The notes beneath the pieces are model-generated. The model was not told the DNA's origin. It saw nothing but the letters and a program-made list of their open reading frames with translations, and did not search any database. A stretch of DNA of 64,000 nt from Octopus sinensis (Eukaryota). The translations under genes and the position numbers were made by a program. The DNA lies in assembly GCF_006345805.1 (NCBI RefSeq), contig NC_042999.1:171244001-171308000 (forward strand), given 5' to 3'. Positions 26,861 through 38,745 of this stretch are shown here, in pieces (position 1 is the first letter of the stretch; every line of letters starts with the position of its first letter).

Positions 26861-27002
26861 ACTTTTTTAAAATTCTGTGATAAGACTGTACATCATCTTT
26901 AAAGAACTTTAATGAACTTTGGAAATCTGTTTATGTTACTTAATTATCTACATTACTTCATGTGTATAGCCTCAACCACTAGGATGTCTAGAGAACTCAC
27001 AT

Positions 27003-27098
27003 GTATTTTAGCTGATGAGTACGGGACACGTTTATATGCTGCAATTTTTGCAACTTTTAATAAAGCCTGTCCTTGTATGAAACGATTGTACTAAAAAC
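27003..27098 (+). ncRNA. Type I minimal hammerhead ribozyme in the 3' pLTR
   Basis: CUGAUGA at 27012-27018, helix II GUAC-GGGACA/UGUCCU-U-GUAU, GAAA at 27079-27082, helix III ACGAUUGU, cleavage after A27090, helix I UUUUAG/CUAAAA. Confidence 0.87.
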
Positions 27099-27127
27099 CT
27101 ATCCATTCTTGTTGCTTCTTTCTCGCG

Positions 27128-27199
<72 letters not shown>

Positions 27200-27313
27200 T
27201 ATTATATATATATATATACATATATATCTATATCTATATCTATCTATATCTATCTATCTATCTATCTATATATATATATATATGCATGTATATATATGTG
27301 TACGGACTGAGAT

Positions 27314-27370
27314 ATTTGCCTTGCCTTAATGTTTGTTGTCCTCTGTAACAAACATTAAGGCAAGGTAAAT
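27314..27370. repeat. Near-perfect 24-bp inverted repeat with 9-nt loop
   Basis: ATTTGCCTTGCCTTAATGTTTGTT / AACAAACATTAAGGCAAGGTAAAT (23 of 24 positions complementary). Confidence 0.9.
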
Positions 27371-27655
27371 ATATCAAGTTATACACAATATTATTATTGA
27401 AAAATATTCAAAGTCTTACTCCGGGTCCTGATATATTCCCGAGTATGGGATATTCCGTAATCACAGACAGATAAGGAATAAATGGAGAAAATGAGAATGG
27501 TATATATTCATGAGATGACCTAGCGTATCTAATAGCTTCGATCATCTACGAACTAAACTCCCATATTTTGTACACACATATGTATATATACATACACACA
27601 CACACATATGTATACAGGTATATATACGCACACATATATATATATATACACATAC

Positions 27656-27743
<88 letters not shown>

Positions 27744-27751
27744 GTATATAT

Positions 27752-28855
27752 TCTATTAAGAGTAGCAAAAGGAAGATTTTTCTTGAAAATCGGACAGTTC
27801 TGCTGAATTTGTTGTGTGTTGCATGGTTACAATTCCCAAATGTTTAATATAATGGCACCTGGAATGAAACTGAATAATTACATTGTAAATTTTACACCGC
27901 GGAAAACACATTAAGACGCTTAGATCAGAAATATGGAAAACTGACGCAGGCATAGAAGGCGTGGTGAGGCAGAGAGTTGAGTAGGTTAAAAGTCGCTATC
28001 TGGAAAGATGCGGTTGCTATGGTGAGAAGAGTGATTTTTGTATCGATTGAAGGGGGCTCTAAGCCCCTCCAGATTGGCGCGATTAGCATCTAATCTAATC
28101 TATAAAATAAAGAAGGCGAACGTTGATACAAATTGGATTTTATGTTAATAGGGGTGTATATGGGACTGGAAGGGATTAAAATTTACTGGAGGGGTAACGT
28201 GAGGTGAGAAATTGATCGGGAGACGTTTTGGGGCGCTACACTAGTTGCTTTGCTGTGAAAACGGGAATTTTTTTGATTTGGGGGGACACTTGGGGGTTTA
28301 GATTGGACACCTTTTGACCGATTTCAAACAAGTTTTCAATATGGTAAAGTGTAAACGGATTTGTAATTTAAGTGTGGAAAATGTTTGAAGTGGAAAAAAA
28401 TTCCTCATTTTTACGTATCTTTTGCCGTTTATTTCTTATTGTTTACAGTTTCATTTTTTTCTGAAAGAAATTGACAGCTGCATGTAGCCCGTGCTTAGAG
28501 CTTTCATTTGCATGGTCAATCGTCGAAAAATTCCCAAAAGTAAGTACTCAATTTAACAAAGAAATCCTTTTTTTCCTTATTTCTAATCGCTCAAATAGTG
28601 GCACGTGCAAAAGGCAAATGTGCTTTCCGTGGTCCCTGCTTGATATTTATGATTGAACTTTCAAAATATTTTCTTTCTCAACTTACTCAAGATCCTTTTT
28701 TATAAATGGGAGAGAGATAAAGATATAGACTAGGAAAAAGCGAGGGAGAGTCCGAGAGAAAGGAGAGAGAAACAAGGAGGGAGAAACAGAAAGAAAGCAA
28801 CAGAAAGTAACAACCACACCCTCACCCGCGCTTAGAGCGGGTCACCTTAAACTAG
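27752..28855 (+). mobile_element. Probable non-autonomous Helitron; 5' end uncertain
   Basis: 3' signature: GC hairpin ACCCGC/GCGGGT (28824-28842), 9 nt, then CTAG followed by T and (TA)n; candidate 5' TC at 27752 is preceded by T rather than A. Confidence 0.55.
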
Positions 28856-28894
<39 letters not shown>

Positions 28895-29345
28895 CGTTTT
28901 TGTATGTATGAGTGTATTTTCAGTATTTGCTGTTCTTCCTCTAAAATGCTGATTGAAATGAGACTTTTTCGGTTTTGCGAAGAATTTATTTGCTCTTCAA
29001 TACTAAGAAATCATTATAACATAGAATTATATGTATTCTACATGGGAGTATTTTGAGTGAATATTGTGCTTAATCTTACTTCTGTCACATTTATGAAATT
29101 TCCATTTCTGTAAAGGAATTCATTTTCTTTCTGCACATTCAAGCATAATTTCAATGATTTCCAATATGCAAATTTCATAGTGCACCATGTCATTTTTATT
29201 CGATGTACTTTTAAAAAGAAGTCTCTGAGAAAATAAAATATCCATAAATTTTATTTCGTCGATCGCTTCACTCTTGTTTCAATTATAAAGAACAAAATAA
29301 TTTAGAATTACGAAACAGAAATTTTGAACTGTTATATGTAAGCAT

Positions 29346-29738
29346 AGAGTGGCTGTGTGGTAGGTAGCTTGCTAACCAACCACATGGTTCCGGGTTCAGT
29401 CCCACTGCGTGGCATCTTGGGCAAGTGTCTTCTGCTATAGCCCCGGGCCGACCAATGCCTTGTGAGTGGATTTAGTAGACGGAAACTGAAAGAAGCCTGT
29501 CGTATATATGTATATATATATGTGTGTGTGTGTGTTTGTGTGTCTGTGTTGGTCCCCGTAGCATTACTTGACAACCAATGCTGGTGTATTTACGTCCCCG
29601 TCACTTAGCGGTTCGGCAAAAGAGCCCGATAGAATAAGTACTGGGCTTACAAAGAATAAGTCCCGGGGTCGATTTGCTCGACTAAAGCCGGTGCTCCAGC
29701 ATGGCCGCAGTCAAATGACTGAAACAAGTAAAAGAGTA
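29346..29738 (+). mobile_element. tRNA-derived SINE family B, full length, with internal (TA)(TG) tract
   Basis: A-box-like TGGCTGTGTGG, B-box-like GGGTTCAGTCCC; colinear and highly similar to 50543-50941; ends GACTGAAACAAGTAAAAGAGTA. Confidence 0.9.
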
Positions 29739-29812
29739 TGATTTTGAAGTTATAAGCCGGGTTATTCCCAATTTTGTTCGGCAGAAGCTGCTATCAGGTA
29801 CTTCGACAAAAT

Positions 29813-30031
29813 ATTGGTCTCTAATCTTTGCACAAGGCCAGCAATTTTGAGAAAGGAGGTAAGTCAATTTAATCGGCTCCAGTGTCCAACTGGTACTTAT
29901 TTTATCGACAAGGAAAGGAAATAATGTAACGTCAACCTCGGTGGAATCTAAACTCAGAATGTAACAACTAACGAAATGCAACTAAGCATTTCGCCCGGCG
30001 TGTTAGCGATTCAGCCAGCTCGCCGCCTTGA
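29813..30031 (-). mobile_element. SINE family A, tail type 2, full length with TSD
   Basis: Minus strand begins CAAGGCGGCGAGCTGGCTGAATCGCTAAC; ACTTCGACAAAAT duplicated at 29800-29812 and 30032-30044. Confidence 0.88.
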
Positions 30032-30049
30032 ACTTCGACAAAATGTTGA

Positions 30050-30205
30050 TTACAAATTTTAGCATACGCCAGCAAGTTCGTAGGATACGGAGATCGATTA
30101 CATCGACCCCAGTGCTGAAATGGTCCTTATTTTATCGACATCGAAATTGTGCTGCTAAGAATTTTGCCGGGCTTGCTAACGATTCTGCCAGCCCGTTGTC
30201 TTCAA
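30050..30205 (-). mobile_element. SINE family A, tail type 2, older internally deleted copy
   Basis: Minus strand: GGGCTGGCAGAATCGTTAGCAAGCCCGGC...GTCGATAAAATAAGGACC...GGGGTCGATGTAATCGATC. Confidence 0.75.
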
Positions 30206-32327
30206 CAAAATATTAGATTCAGTATTTGATGATAAAAACATATTTTGAGAATGAAATCAAAATTCACTGATACTGATATTTAGCAAAACCTATCTTTGCA
30301 ACCACAAAAGTTATCGAAATCATAGCGTGAGTGGACTTTAGAACATAGACACGTTACTAAATTTTGACGATAAATTGTGTATAGTAATATATTTTCATTT
30401 TAAGAAATTCTTCACTACCGAACACTTTTTGAGTATATACTCCATTCGTGCATCCTTCCAAAACAATATATTTGTAGCAGAGTTAAACTAAGTAGTAGTA
30501 ATATAATCTCTCTTTTCTGTCATCTCTGCATGCGAAGGCAAATATTTCTAGTACCCAAGAAAGTATTTTTAACAATTATTTTTATGGACAAAATTTTAAT
30601 CATCATCTTACACAAACCATATATTGGATGAGATGTGAGGAGTCCAATTTTTCAGTAAGGAGTTTCTGTGAAGCACTAATTTAGGGAAATAAGTTTCGCC
30701 AGGTATTGTATGTTTACAATATCGTCTTCTCATCTCATAACATCGATGCATTCTTTTCAAAATTTGCTTTTAGATCGTTTTATACAAGCATAGAGCACTG
30801 GTAAGAAATAATGGAATAAAAAACACTGATGTAAACCAATTTTATAAGAATTCCATAGTTAATTATAGGAAAACCTGCAAGTCATAAAGTTTTTCGTATG
30901 AATACCCGGTTCTCTTGTAATGGAAAGATTCCATGTTTTTAACTGACACCATTAGTAGAATTGTATTCTCATCCTACAAAAAGCGATAATCAACATATAT
31001 TGTTTGGCCATAACATATAAGGACACCAACTCCACAATTGTCACTTATTTGTCAAGAAGGAACAAAAGCTTCAAATCATGATTAATAACAAAGTTTCACT
31101 CTAAAATACCCTTTCAGCTATGCATATGCTAATATATTTCCAGTGGCTTGGAATATTGAATATTTTTATCATTAGAGAAATTGCGTTAGACATCACACCT
31201 TGTTTGCAGCTTGCTCAATGACAATGTAAATGTTAGTTGATGCCTTGTCTGTTATCTGTTTTCATGCTGTCAGTTTTTATTTACTGAACAATAATAGAGC
31301 TGTAATATTATTTTATCAAACCTGCCACGAATCTAAGCATATATTATGTTTCTGTGAAGCGAAGGGCTAATATTTGTACACACTGTCAATAAATATGCAT
31401 ATATGAAAAAATATAGTTGTTGATTTACCATAGTCATCTCCGAGCAAGCAGTACTTCGATCGAATGGTGTTTTATCCGTCATATTTGTAGAGTAAATAGA
31501 ATGTACCATCTTCCTAGAAAATTTGGTAGAGCAATATCTATGGCAGAACTGGTTGTTGTTATAGCAGAAGGCACAAGAACATACAACAATTTTTATCATT
31601 GGCTCGATGTTAAAATGGTTATCAAACATATTGGTAAGGTATAACGCTTTATATATAAAAATATTTATCAATGTATGATAATCATTCTTGCCAATTTTCC
31701 ACTAAGAATTTTGCCTACATATTCTAGATATCTTCGAAAATTGAGAAAAATCGAGATTAATAATTGGACATGTAGCATAAGAAATCACCAGCATCACATC
31801 TGAATAAGTGATTTAAAATTTTAATAACTTACTCATGTCACGTTCACATGACATCTAAAAGTTTTCGCATTTGTGTCTTCTACGTTTGGCCTTTCGTATT
31901 TATTACTATTACCGAAGATGCAATATAAAAAGTGGGTTGTTGATTTCGTGTATATCGCATATCAGGCAATATCATATTTTAATAATCCTTCAAGAATGAA
32001 GACAGAATATTTGTTTTAGACAGACGTAAGCCGTCTCTAAGAGATCTTCTCATACAAATCCTAGATGTATATGATATTCATTAAGTGATTGTTGATTCAG
32101 CATATTAAGAAATCTAATTATAGGGTTTTGATCCTGCCCCGCAATATTAAGACCTTCAGCTTTGTAAAGCACATCATATATTGACTTCATTTCCTATTTG
32201 ACGTTCGTGTGTCGTTCATTTCCCTTTTTTGTACATATAACATTTTTCATTTCCCATTTAGTGATCGCAGCAATACTTCGTGTAATGCTATTATTATTAT
32301 TGTTGGTAATACCATTATTAAGGTGGC

Positions 32328-32328
32328 G

Positions 32329-32424
<96 letters not shown>

Positions 32425-32456
32425 TTATTAGTAGTAGTAGTAGTAGCAGCAGCAGC

Positions 32457-32509
<53 letters not shown>

Positions 32510-32526
32510 CAGCAGTAGTAGTAGTA
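32328..32526. repeat. Compound (GTA)n/(GCA)n trinucleotide array
   Basis: Direct reading; explains the polyV/A and polyL ORFs. Confidence 0.95.
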
Positions 32527-35500
32527 AGCGGAGGTATTTTATGTTCATTTTATTTCCATAACAGTTAGAATATATTTAACATGAGATGTCTTTCTTCTTT
32601 CTTTTCGGAAATTTCCACGCCATCTTGTTTGCATATCTCTCAGGTTTTTAGCATTTTTTGTGAGATTTTCATTTGTTGTATTGATTACAATATTTGGCTG
32701 ATATTAATTCAGTGACACGAACTTTCTAGTTCTTTTCTAAAGTAAACTATATTAGAATATTCACACTCTCTGCTTATTACTGTTATCTTTTTTTTCTTGT
32801 TTCCTTATATCATTCTTACGCTTTATTTCATTTTCCCAATTTCTTGTTACTTTCATTTGCTTTATTCCAAGTTGTAATTTAATCTCTCCCAAACATCACC
32901 CATGTTCTTTGATAATTTTTTTTTTTATGAAACGAGAAATTGTTCTATAATACATATAAGAAGATAAGCTTCTAATTCAGAATGATATACGTTCTCGGGG
33001 ATGTTTTCTTTTCTTGGACTAACACTCTAGAATATGATTTTACTTTACATGGTTAATTTCATCAGAATGTGTTTACGTTTTGTGCTACTGTTGGTATGTA
33101 AAAAAGAAATATGCATGCAATCCTATTTTATATTCAGCACAATAGTTTTCCAGTGTTTGATAAATTTTCAAAGTTATTTGTCTGTGTGTGCCAAAAAGCA
33201 GAATTAGCATACAACGTTTAAAGGAATTCAGATATATCCGAGTTTCAAACGTGAAGGATTTGATCTGAAATATTTTTCGTACGAGCAAGCTTGCAACATT
33301 AAATGATGTAACTATATTCTTCACCACACTATATTCTTCCGTTATGTACCATAAGGTTTTGCAAAAGAAACTCGATTAGAGTATTTTGGTGCTTTAAAAG
33401 ACATACATATACAGTGGCATTGTGTTTGATTCTCGATTTTTTTTCTTTTAAGCGTGTAACATTTTGGTTTCAATTGTTGGCATTCACATTATTTTACGGT
33501 TCCAGTTCGGGGAAATTTCAAGCAGCGATGGAATTTAAAGGACTGCATCATAGTCGTGCAGTTATTTGCAATTATGACATGAGGTTTAGGCGAGACACAC
33601 GTTTAAAATGGACAACGTAGGAGAGATTGGTGTATTGGGTAAGCTGAGACATAATTACTCTGTAACGAAATGGTTGGACGGATAAGAAGTTATCATAAAT
33701 ACACATGATGCGCCATGAAAAAACAATACTTTAGTTGGATTGCGGTTTTATGGTGATAGTGTTTGAATGATAGGCAATCAAACATACAACCACTTTCGGA
33801 GAGGAAGCTTATATATATAACGTTTCTAGATGTGCGTGGAACCTAAATTAGATTGCATCAAGTTTGGGAGATACAATATCAAGTGCTATTTGGAGCTTAA
33901 ATTACTTATAACTTTTGGTAAGGCGTTTTTGTAACTTAAGCAAGAGCTGTTTGCGAGAAGTAACGTATTGTTTGGTATTTATAATGATTTTGATGCGTTT
34001 AGTATACTGCGGTCCATGCGTAGAGCATAGTATAAATCTATCTACTTGCTACAAAAAAAGTATTGATAATGTAATGTTAGATTTTAAAAGGCACATTGGA
34101 GAGTGTGTCAAAAGATCTATGGTATCCATGTCCTGATGACATACGGAGTATGCTTGTATATTTATTGCCAACAACAATTATGTCATTGATATCTCGCATG
34201 AAAAGTGAACATTGAATATTTTGTCCAAAACATGCCATTCTACTTCCCGAAGCATTTTGAAGAAAATCACGAATCAAATGCTTCTGCAAAGCTCTAGGAG
34301 GTTATTATTTTTTTATTTTACTTAGATTCAGTCCTCGAAATGGCTTTTTAAAATGCTTCTAAATTTGCCCTTTGTAGGTCGTTTATCTAACGTATCCTGT
34401 TATCATGTATTTCTTAGCAATGTTTGTAGAATTCCCCTAATAATATCTCTTAAGTCTATGCATTGTAATTATACCATTTTAGGCAGGAATGCTTTTAAAG
34501 TGAAAACTTCAGCTATTTGTGTTGTTTCGTAATTAGATATGTTATTCCTGACTGTCTTCCAGATTATTTTAGTTGATACTCTATATCATGCATCTTATAT
34601 AAATTTTAATGTAGCCTCTTTGTAGAATATTTTATGTCAGAGAGTTTTGCTATTGATGTAACTCGATGTTGAAATTCCTTTGTTAATTTGCTATAGCAAC
34701 GTCTAAACCACATTGGTGCATAATAGCGTGCTTGTGTTTAAATAGTAGTAGTTGTTCTGTGGAATTATTTTAGCCTATTTCAGGCAAGTTGGATCATGTC
34801 AGAAAATACATTCTGCCTCTTCACAAATATCGCCAACTTCTAGTTTAGTCTCTTCTGAATATGGTGAGATGATACTTTCACTGCAGATTGTTTGCTATAA
34901 TGGAAATATAACCTTTCACCTATATTATTTCATATAATGTTCTAAATATTCTTGCTAAGAGGTTTAGTAAAATTAACAATACTATTAGTTTAAACAGCTA
35001 TGAACCACATTTAATGCACCTTTACCTATGTACGTACTTTCTACATTTTGTAAATAAATTGCTATACAGCTTGTAACCTCGATCTCCCTCTCGTCAGTTA
35101 TCATCCTATATTTAGTGTATTTCATTCACTAAGGTACATATAACTTTTCTCAGTTCAGACCTCCTTAATTGTTACAAGGGCGATGCGCTTATAGGCCTTT
35201 ACCTTATCAATGCATTAATAGTCTGTTTAGTGTGATATCATATATAACTCCTTTGTAAGAGATCCTTTCGAAATTTCAACAAATTACATTTATCTATCAT
35301 AACGCTTTGTATTTTCTTAAAATTCTCTTTTACACTTGTCTACCTTGAATGTACATCGGAAAATTGTAAAAGGTGATAGGCGCCAATCAGCCGTTGGATC
35401 CTTCAAATAAAGTATTTTTGCCGATATTCTTTTAGCAATTTCGAGGGGAAAAAGTGAAACTAAGTGAATAATATTGTTCTTTAAGAATACAGTGTTAAGT

Positions 35501-36604
35501 GAAGTAATGGAATCGACGATCTGGAGACAAACACGCTGTTCGAATATCTTTTACATGCAAAACAAGTAGGTTGTGTGCCTCGAAATAGGGCTCCTGATGG
35601 GAGGTAGAGAAATATGAAACACATTCCAGAGGCCCAATTGACAAAGACACGACGTGAAGGGAAAACAAATATGTGGTCTATTAAGGACGAGCACCACTTA
35701 AATGATTCAAGATAGACACGTGTATTTTAGTGAGACATTGCGTATGGAAGTCGTATACATCAGACAATAAACTATAATGCCTATACGGCAGCAAAATGAT
35801 TATCAAAGTAGGTGACTGAGCAAAGAGGAGATTCAATAGTCTTGAATTGCCAAACTACACGCAATTTCCCTTTATCTGACAAAACTGTTCTCTATCATAC
35901 TGGGTTGCACTCTCAGATACCAACTTGAGGAGGATACCGAAAATCGATAATTTTAGAACCTTGATTCCGTAAAGTAAAATATGTTTGCTAAATTGATTGC
36001 AAATATGATGTCGCTTGTCTAATGTGTCGAATATAAGAGAGCAAACTCCGTTAGATCTAAACAGCTTCCAAATGTATATTTCATAATGCGATGCTTTATG
36101 AAATATAACTGTCACATGTTGTCGTTTTATGCATTTATCAGATTAACGCTTTCGACATATAAGCACATATAAGCTCTACTCACGCAGCCTTTTTTTATTC
36201 CGAATTCTTTTACTCCTCCAATGAAGGGATTCTTTTAATCATTGTTCCGACATAAGTGGTTATTGTTTCGAACCGCTCTTTATCCTTAGGGTATGTTCCA
36301 AGTCAAAGCGTTGTTGCAGGCAATGGCTTTTTAGCAATTGCCTCAAAAATAACATATATTCAGTCGCAACGTTCACGAAATATGATAGAAAAGAGAAATG
36401 TCTATGAACGTGAACGACATCGCTACCATGCTGTCAAAAATCTTAACTATTGAGGTATCACTACCGTACTACAGTTATATGACTTAGTAAATACAGTACA
36501 TTTCAAACAGCGGGTATTAGTAAGCTTGCATTTCGTATAGTTTGTGGTAAAAGCTGTCATCTATCATATCTGTCCTGTTACGTTATTTGGACTATAGTTA
36601 GCTC

Positions 36605-36837
36605 AAGGCGGCGAGCTGGCAGAGACATTAGCAAGCCGGGCGAAATGCTTCGCGGTATTTCGCCCGTCGCTACGTTCTGAGTTCAAATTCCGCCGAGGTC
36701 GACTTTGCCTTTCATCCTTTCGGGGTCGATAAATTAAGTACCAGTTACGCACTGGGGCCGATGTAATCGACTTAATCCGTTTGTCTGTCCTTGTTTGTCC
36801 CCTCTATGTTTAGCCCCTTGTGGGTAGTAAAGAAACA
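36605..36837 (+). mobile_element. SINE family A, tail type 1, intact full-length copy, 12-bp TSD
   Basis: Complete head and B-box GAGTTCAAATTCCGCCGAGG; TATAGTTAGCTC at 36593-36604 and 36838-36849. Confidence 0.93.
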
Positions 36838-36869
36838 TATAGTTAGCTCCAAACCTCAATGTCTAAAGT

Positions 36870-38232
36870 ATCAAGGACTAAGTTATGAGCAGTATCGTCT
36901 GCATTGCATGTAAATGGGCTGAGTATTAGAGTATTAAAAATACTTATATTGCCACCTAGTATATGACCATTTGTCCATCCAATTTTGTCAGGTATTATGA
37001 CACTTTTTCTTGTATTTTTCAGCTTCAAGACAAAATATCTTCTTTGTTTTGCTTACGTTTTGTGGCTACCTGTAACCGTTTTCTTTGATTCTGAGTTAAA
37101 GATTGCTGTAGACCTATGTTGGGTATTTTCTAGTAGTTTTCTCACTGCATTGTCTTTCAATTTGTTCTATTATAACATTTCTATGTCAGATTATAGGTGG
37201 TGTATTCTTAATTCTGAAATTATTTTTTTTGTTTTTCTCTCTAGTTTAGTTTGTTCATTTAGTGTCCAGTTACAAATATAATAACTGTATCTTATAACTG
37301 GGACAGCTAGACTATTGATACCTATTATCTTGTTTTTGTCATTGATCTCTGTTTTAGGTATTAATCTAATTCATCAACAATAATTCTTCTTTATCATCTT
37401 TCATTTTTGTGTGTGTTGTACTCTATCTAGGTTATTGATTCCTAAGTATTTATATGTCTGATCTTTGTCTAGTTCTCTTATTTGATATTCTTTATCTACT
37501 GTGATATTGTTATTCTTAATTAGCTTTCCTCTTTTCAAAGAGTTGCCTTGGCATTATTTTTCTTGGCCGAATTTCATATTTATTTCTTTGGTAAATTCAT
37601 GCACTGTATGTAGTATTCAGCTAGAGATCATTCGCATTCAAGAGATAGTAGATGGTTTTAGTAGATAGTAGTTATATTTACATCTAGTACTGTTTAGCAT
37701 GCCAGTTAAAGATGTCGGTGTCAGAACGAAAAGGAGTGGAGAGAGTCAGGCTCCTTTTTAATGGGGATGACTACATTTTATAATTACCTCTTTTGTCTGT
37801 AGCTGCAGAACTGTTTGATGGCTATTCATAAAATGTTTTATAAATATTCTTATTGTTGGTGCTAACATGATCAGGACTATTGTTTCAATGATCCATGTGT
37901 AAGCGATACTGTCCAAAGCCTTCCAGTAAATGATAGAAGCCAAGCCTCGACCCTTCTTTTTGTTTTGGCAATTTTCAATTTTGGCTTTGTTAATGAATAA
38001 CTGATATTTAAAATCATATGAGCCATTGCAAGGACCCATCTGCCCTTCTGGAAACAGGTTGTTCTCTTCTATATGTTTGCCCATACTCTACGATATTATT
38101 GAAAGTAAGGCCTGGTAAGTTGTAAAGAGACATTGTATAGGTCTGTACTTTCAGGAGAATTAGGAATTAGGATCGCTTTCCTTTCTATTAGCCACTCGAG
38201 AGCGATTATTTTGTCGAGTTACTCTGTCACGC
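36870..38232 (-). mobile_element. Degenerate RLE-type (R4/Dong-like) LINE relic, RT region, starting at a (TAA)n tract
   Basis: Minus frames: EWLIERKAILIP, MGKHIEENNLFPEGQMG..NGSYDFKYQLFINK, IIYWKALDSIAYTWI, MKFGQEK, DKDQTYKYLGI, GINSLAVPVISY. Confidence 0.72.
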
Positions 38233-38234
38233 AA

Positions 38235-38235
<1 letters not shown>

Positions 38236-38269
<34 letters not shown>

Positions 38270-38277
38270 TATTATTA

Positions 38278-38325
<48 letters not shown>

Positions 38326-38514
38326 CATTATTATTAAAGCTTCTCGGATAGTTCTTAATTATCGTTTATTCTTTACTTGAAAGCAGGCAACAACAAATCA
38401 ACAAAGGATTTAAAAGTGCCTTCTCCTGTGACTTAAAGAGACAATAATCTCCTTAGAATGCGAGTTGTACATGGCAGAATCCATGAGAGCCGCTGTCTGG
38501 TACTGCATCAGGGC

Positions 38515-38570
<56 letters not shown>

Positions 38571-38597
38571 GCATTATTATCATCATCATCATAATCA
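38236..38597. repeat. Two (TTA)n arrays, the second ending in (ATC)n
   Basis: Direct reading at ~38236-38335 and ~38517-38597. Confidence 0.95.
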
Positions 38598-38602
38598 TTT
38601 AT

Positions 38603-38745
38603 ATCGCTTCAAATTCTGTCGAGGTCAACTTACCTTTCATCATTTCTAGGTCGATAAAATAAGGTACCATTCATGCACATGGGTCAACGTAATTGACTAA
38701 TCACCTTCCTTTATAATTGCTGGCTTGCGCCAAAATTTGCAACAT
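38603..38745 (+). mobile_element. SINE family A, tail type 2, 5'-truncated
   Basis: TTCAAATTCTGTCGAGGTCAAC...GTCGATAAAATAAGGTACC...AATTGCTGGCTTGCGCCAAAATTTG. Confidence 0.72.

Larger units (their letters stand above)
21859..27126 (+). mobile_element. Complete-architecture Penelope-like element: inverted pLTR + sense pLTR + RT/GIY-YIG ORF + 3' pLTR, flanked by (TA)n
   Basis: 21859-22240 is the reverse complement of 22241-22593 and of 26863-27126; PLE-type RT and C-terminal GIY-YIG lie between them. Confidence 0.93.

Noticed and set aside
30700-31250. Possible APE endonuclease remnant on the minus strand (GVGVLI)
   Set aside because: Single short motif; other APE motifs not convincingly found.
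34133-34160. CTGATGA followed by hairpin CATAC-GGA-GTATG
   Set aside because: No GAAA or helix III follows, so it is a chance half-match.
33600-35800. Possible very old RTE-like LINE remnants (DIVSPKL-like and GY.IDLLT-like on minus; RTE 3'-like at ~35500-35790 on plus)
   Set aside because: Motifs too degraded to support by eye; needs a translated profile search.
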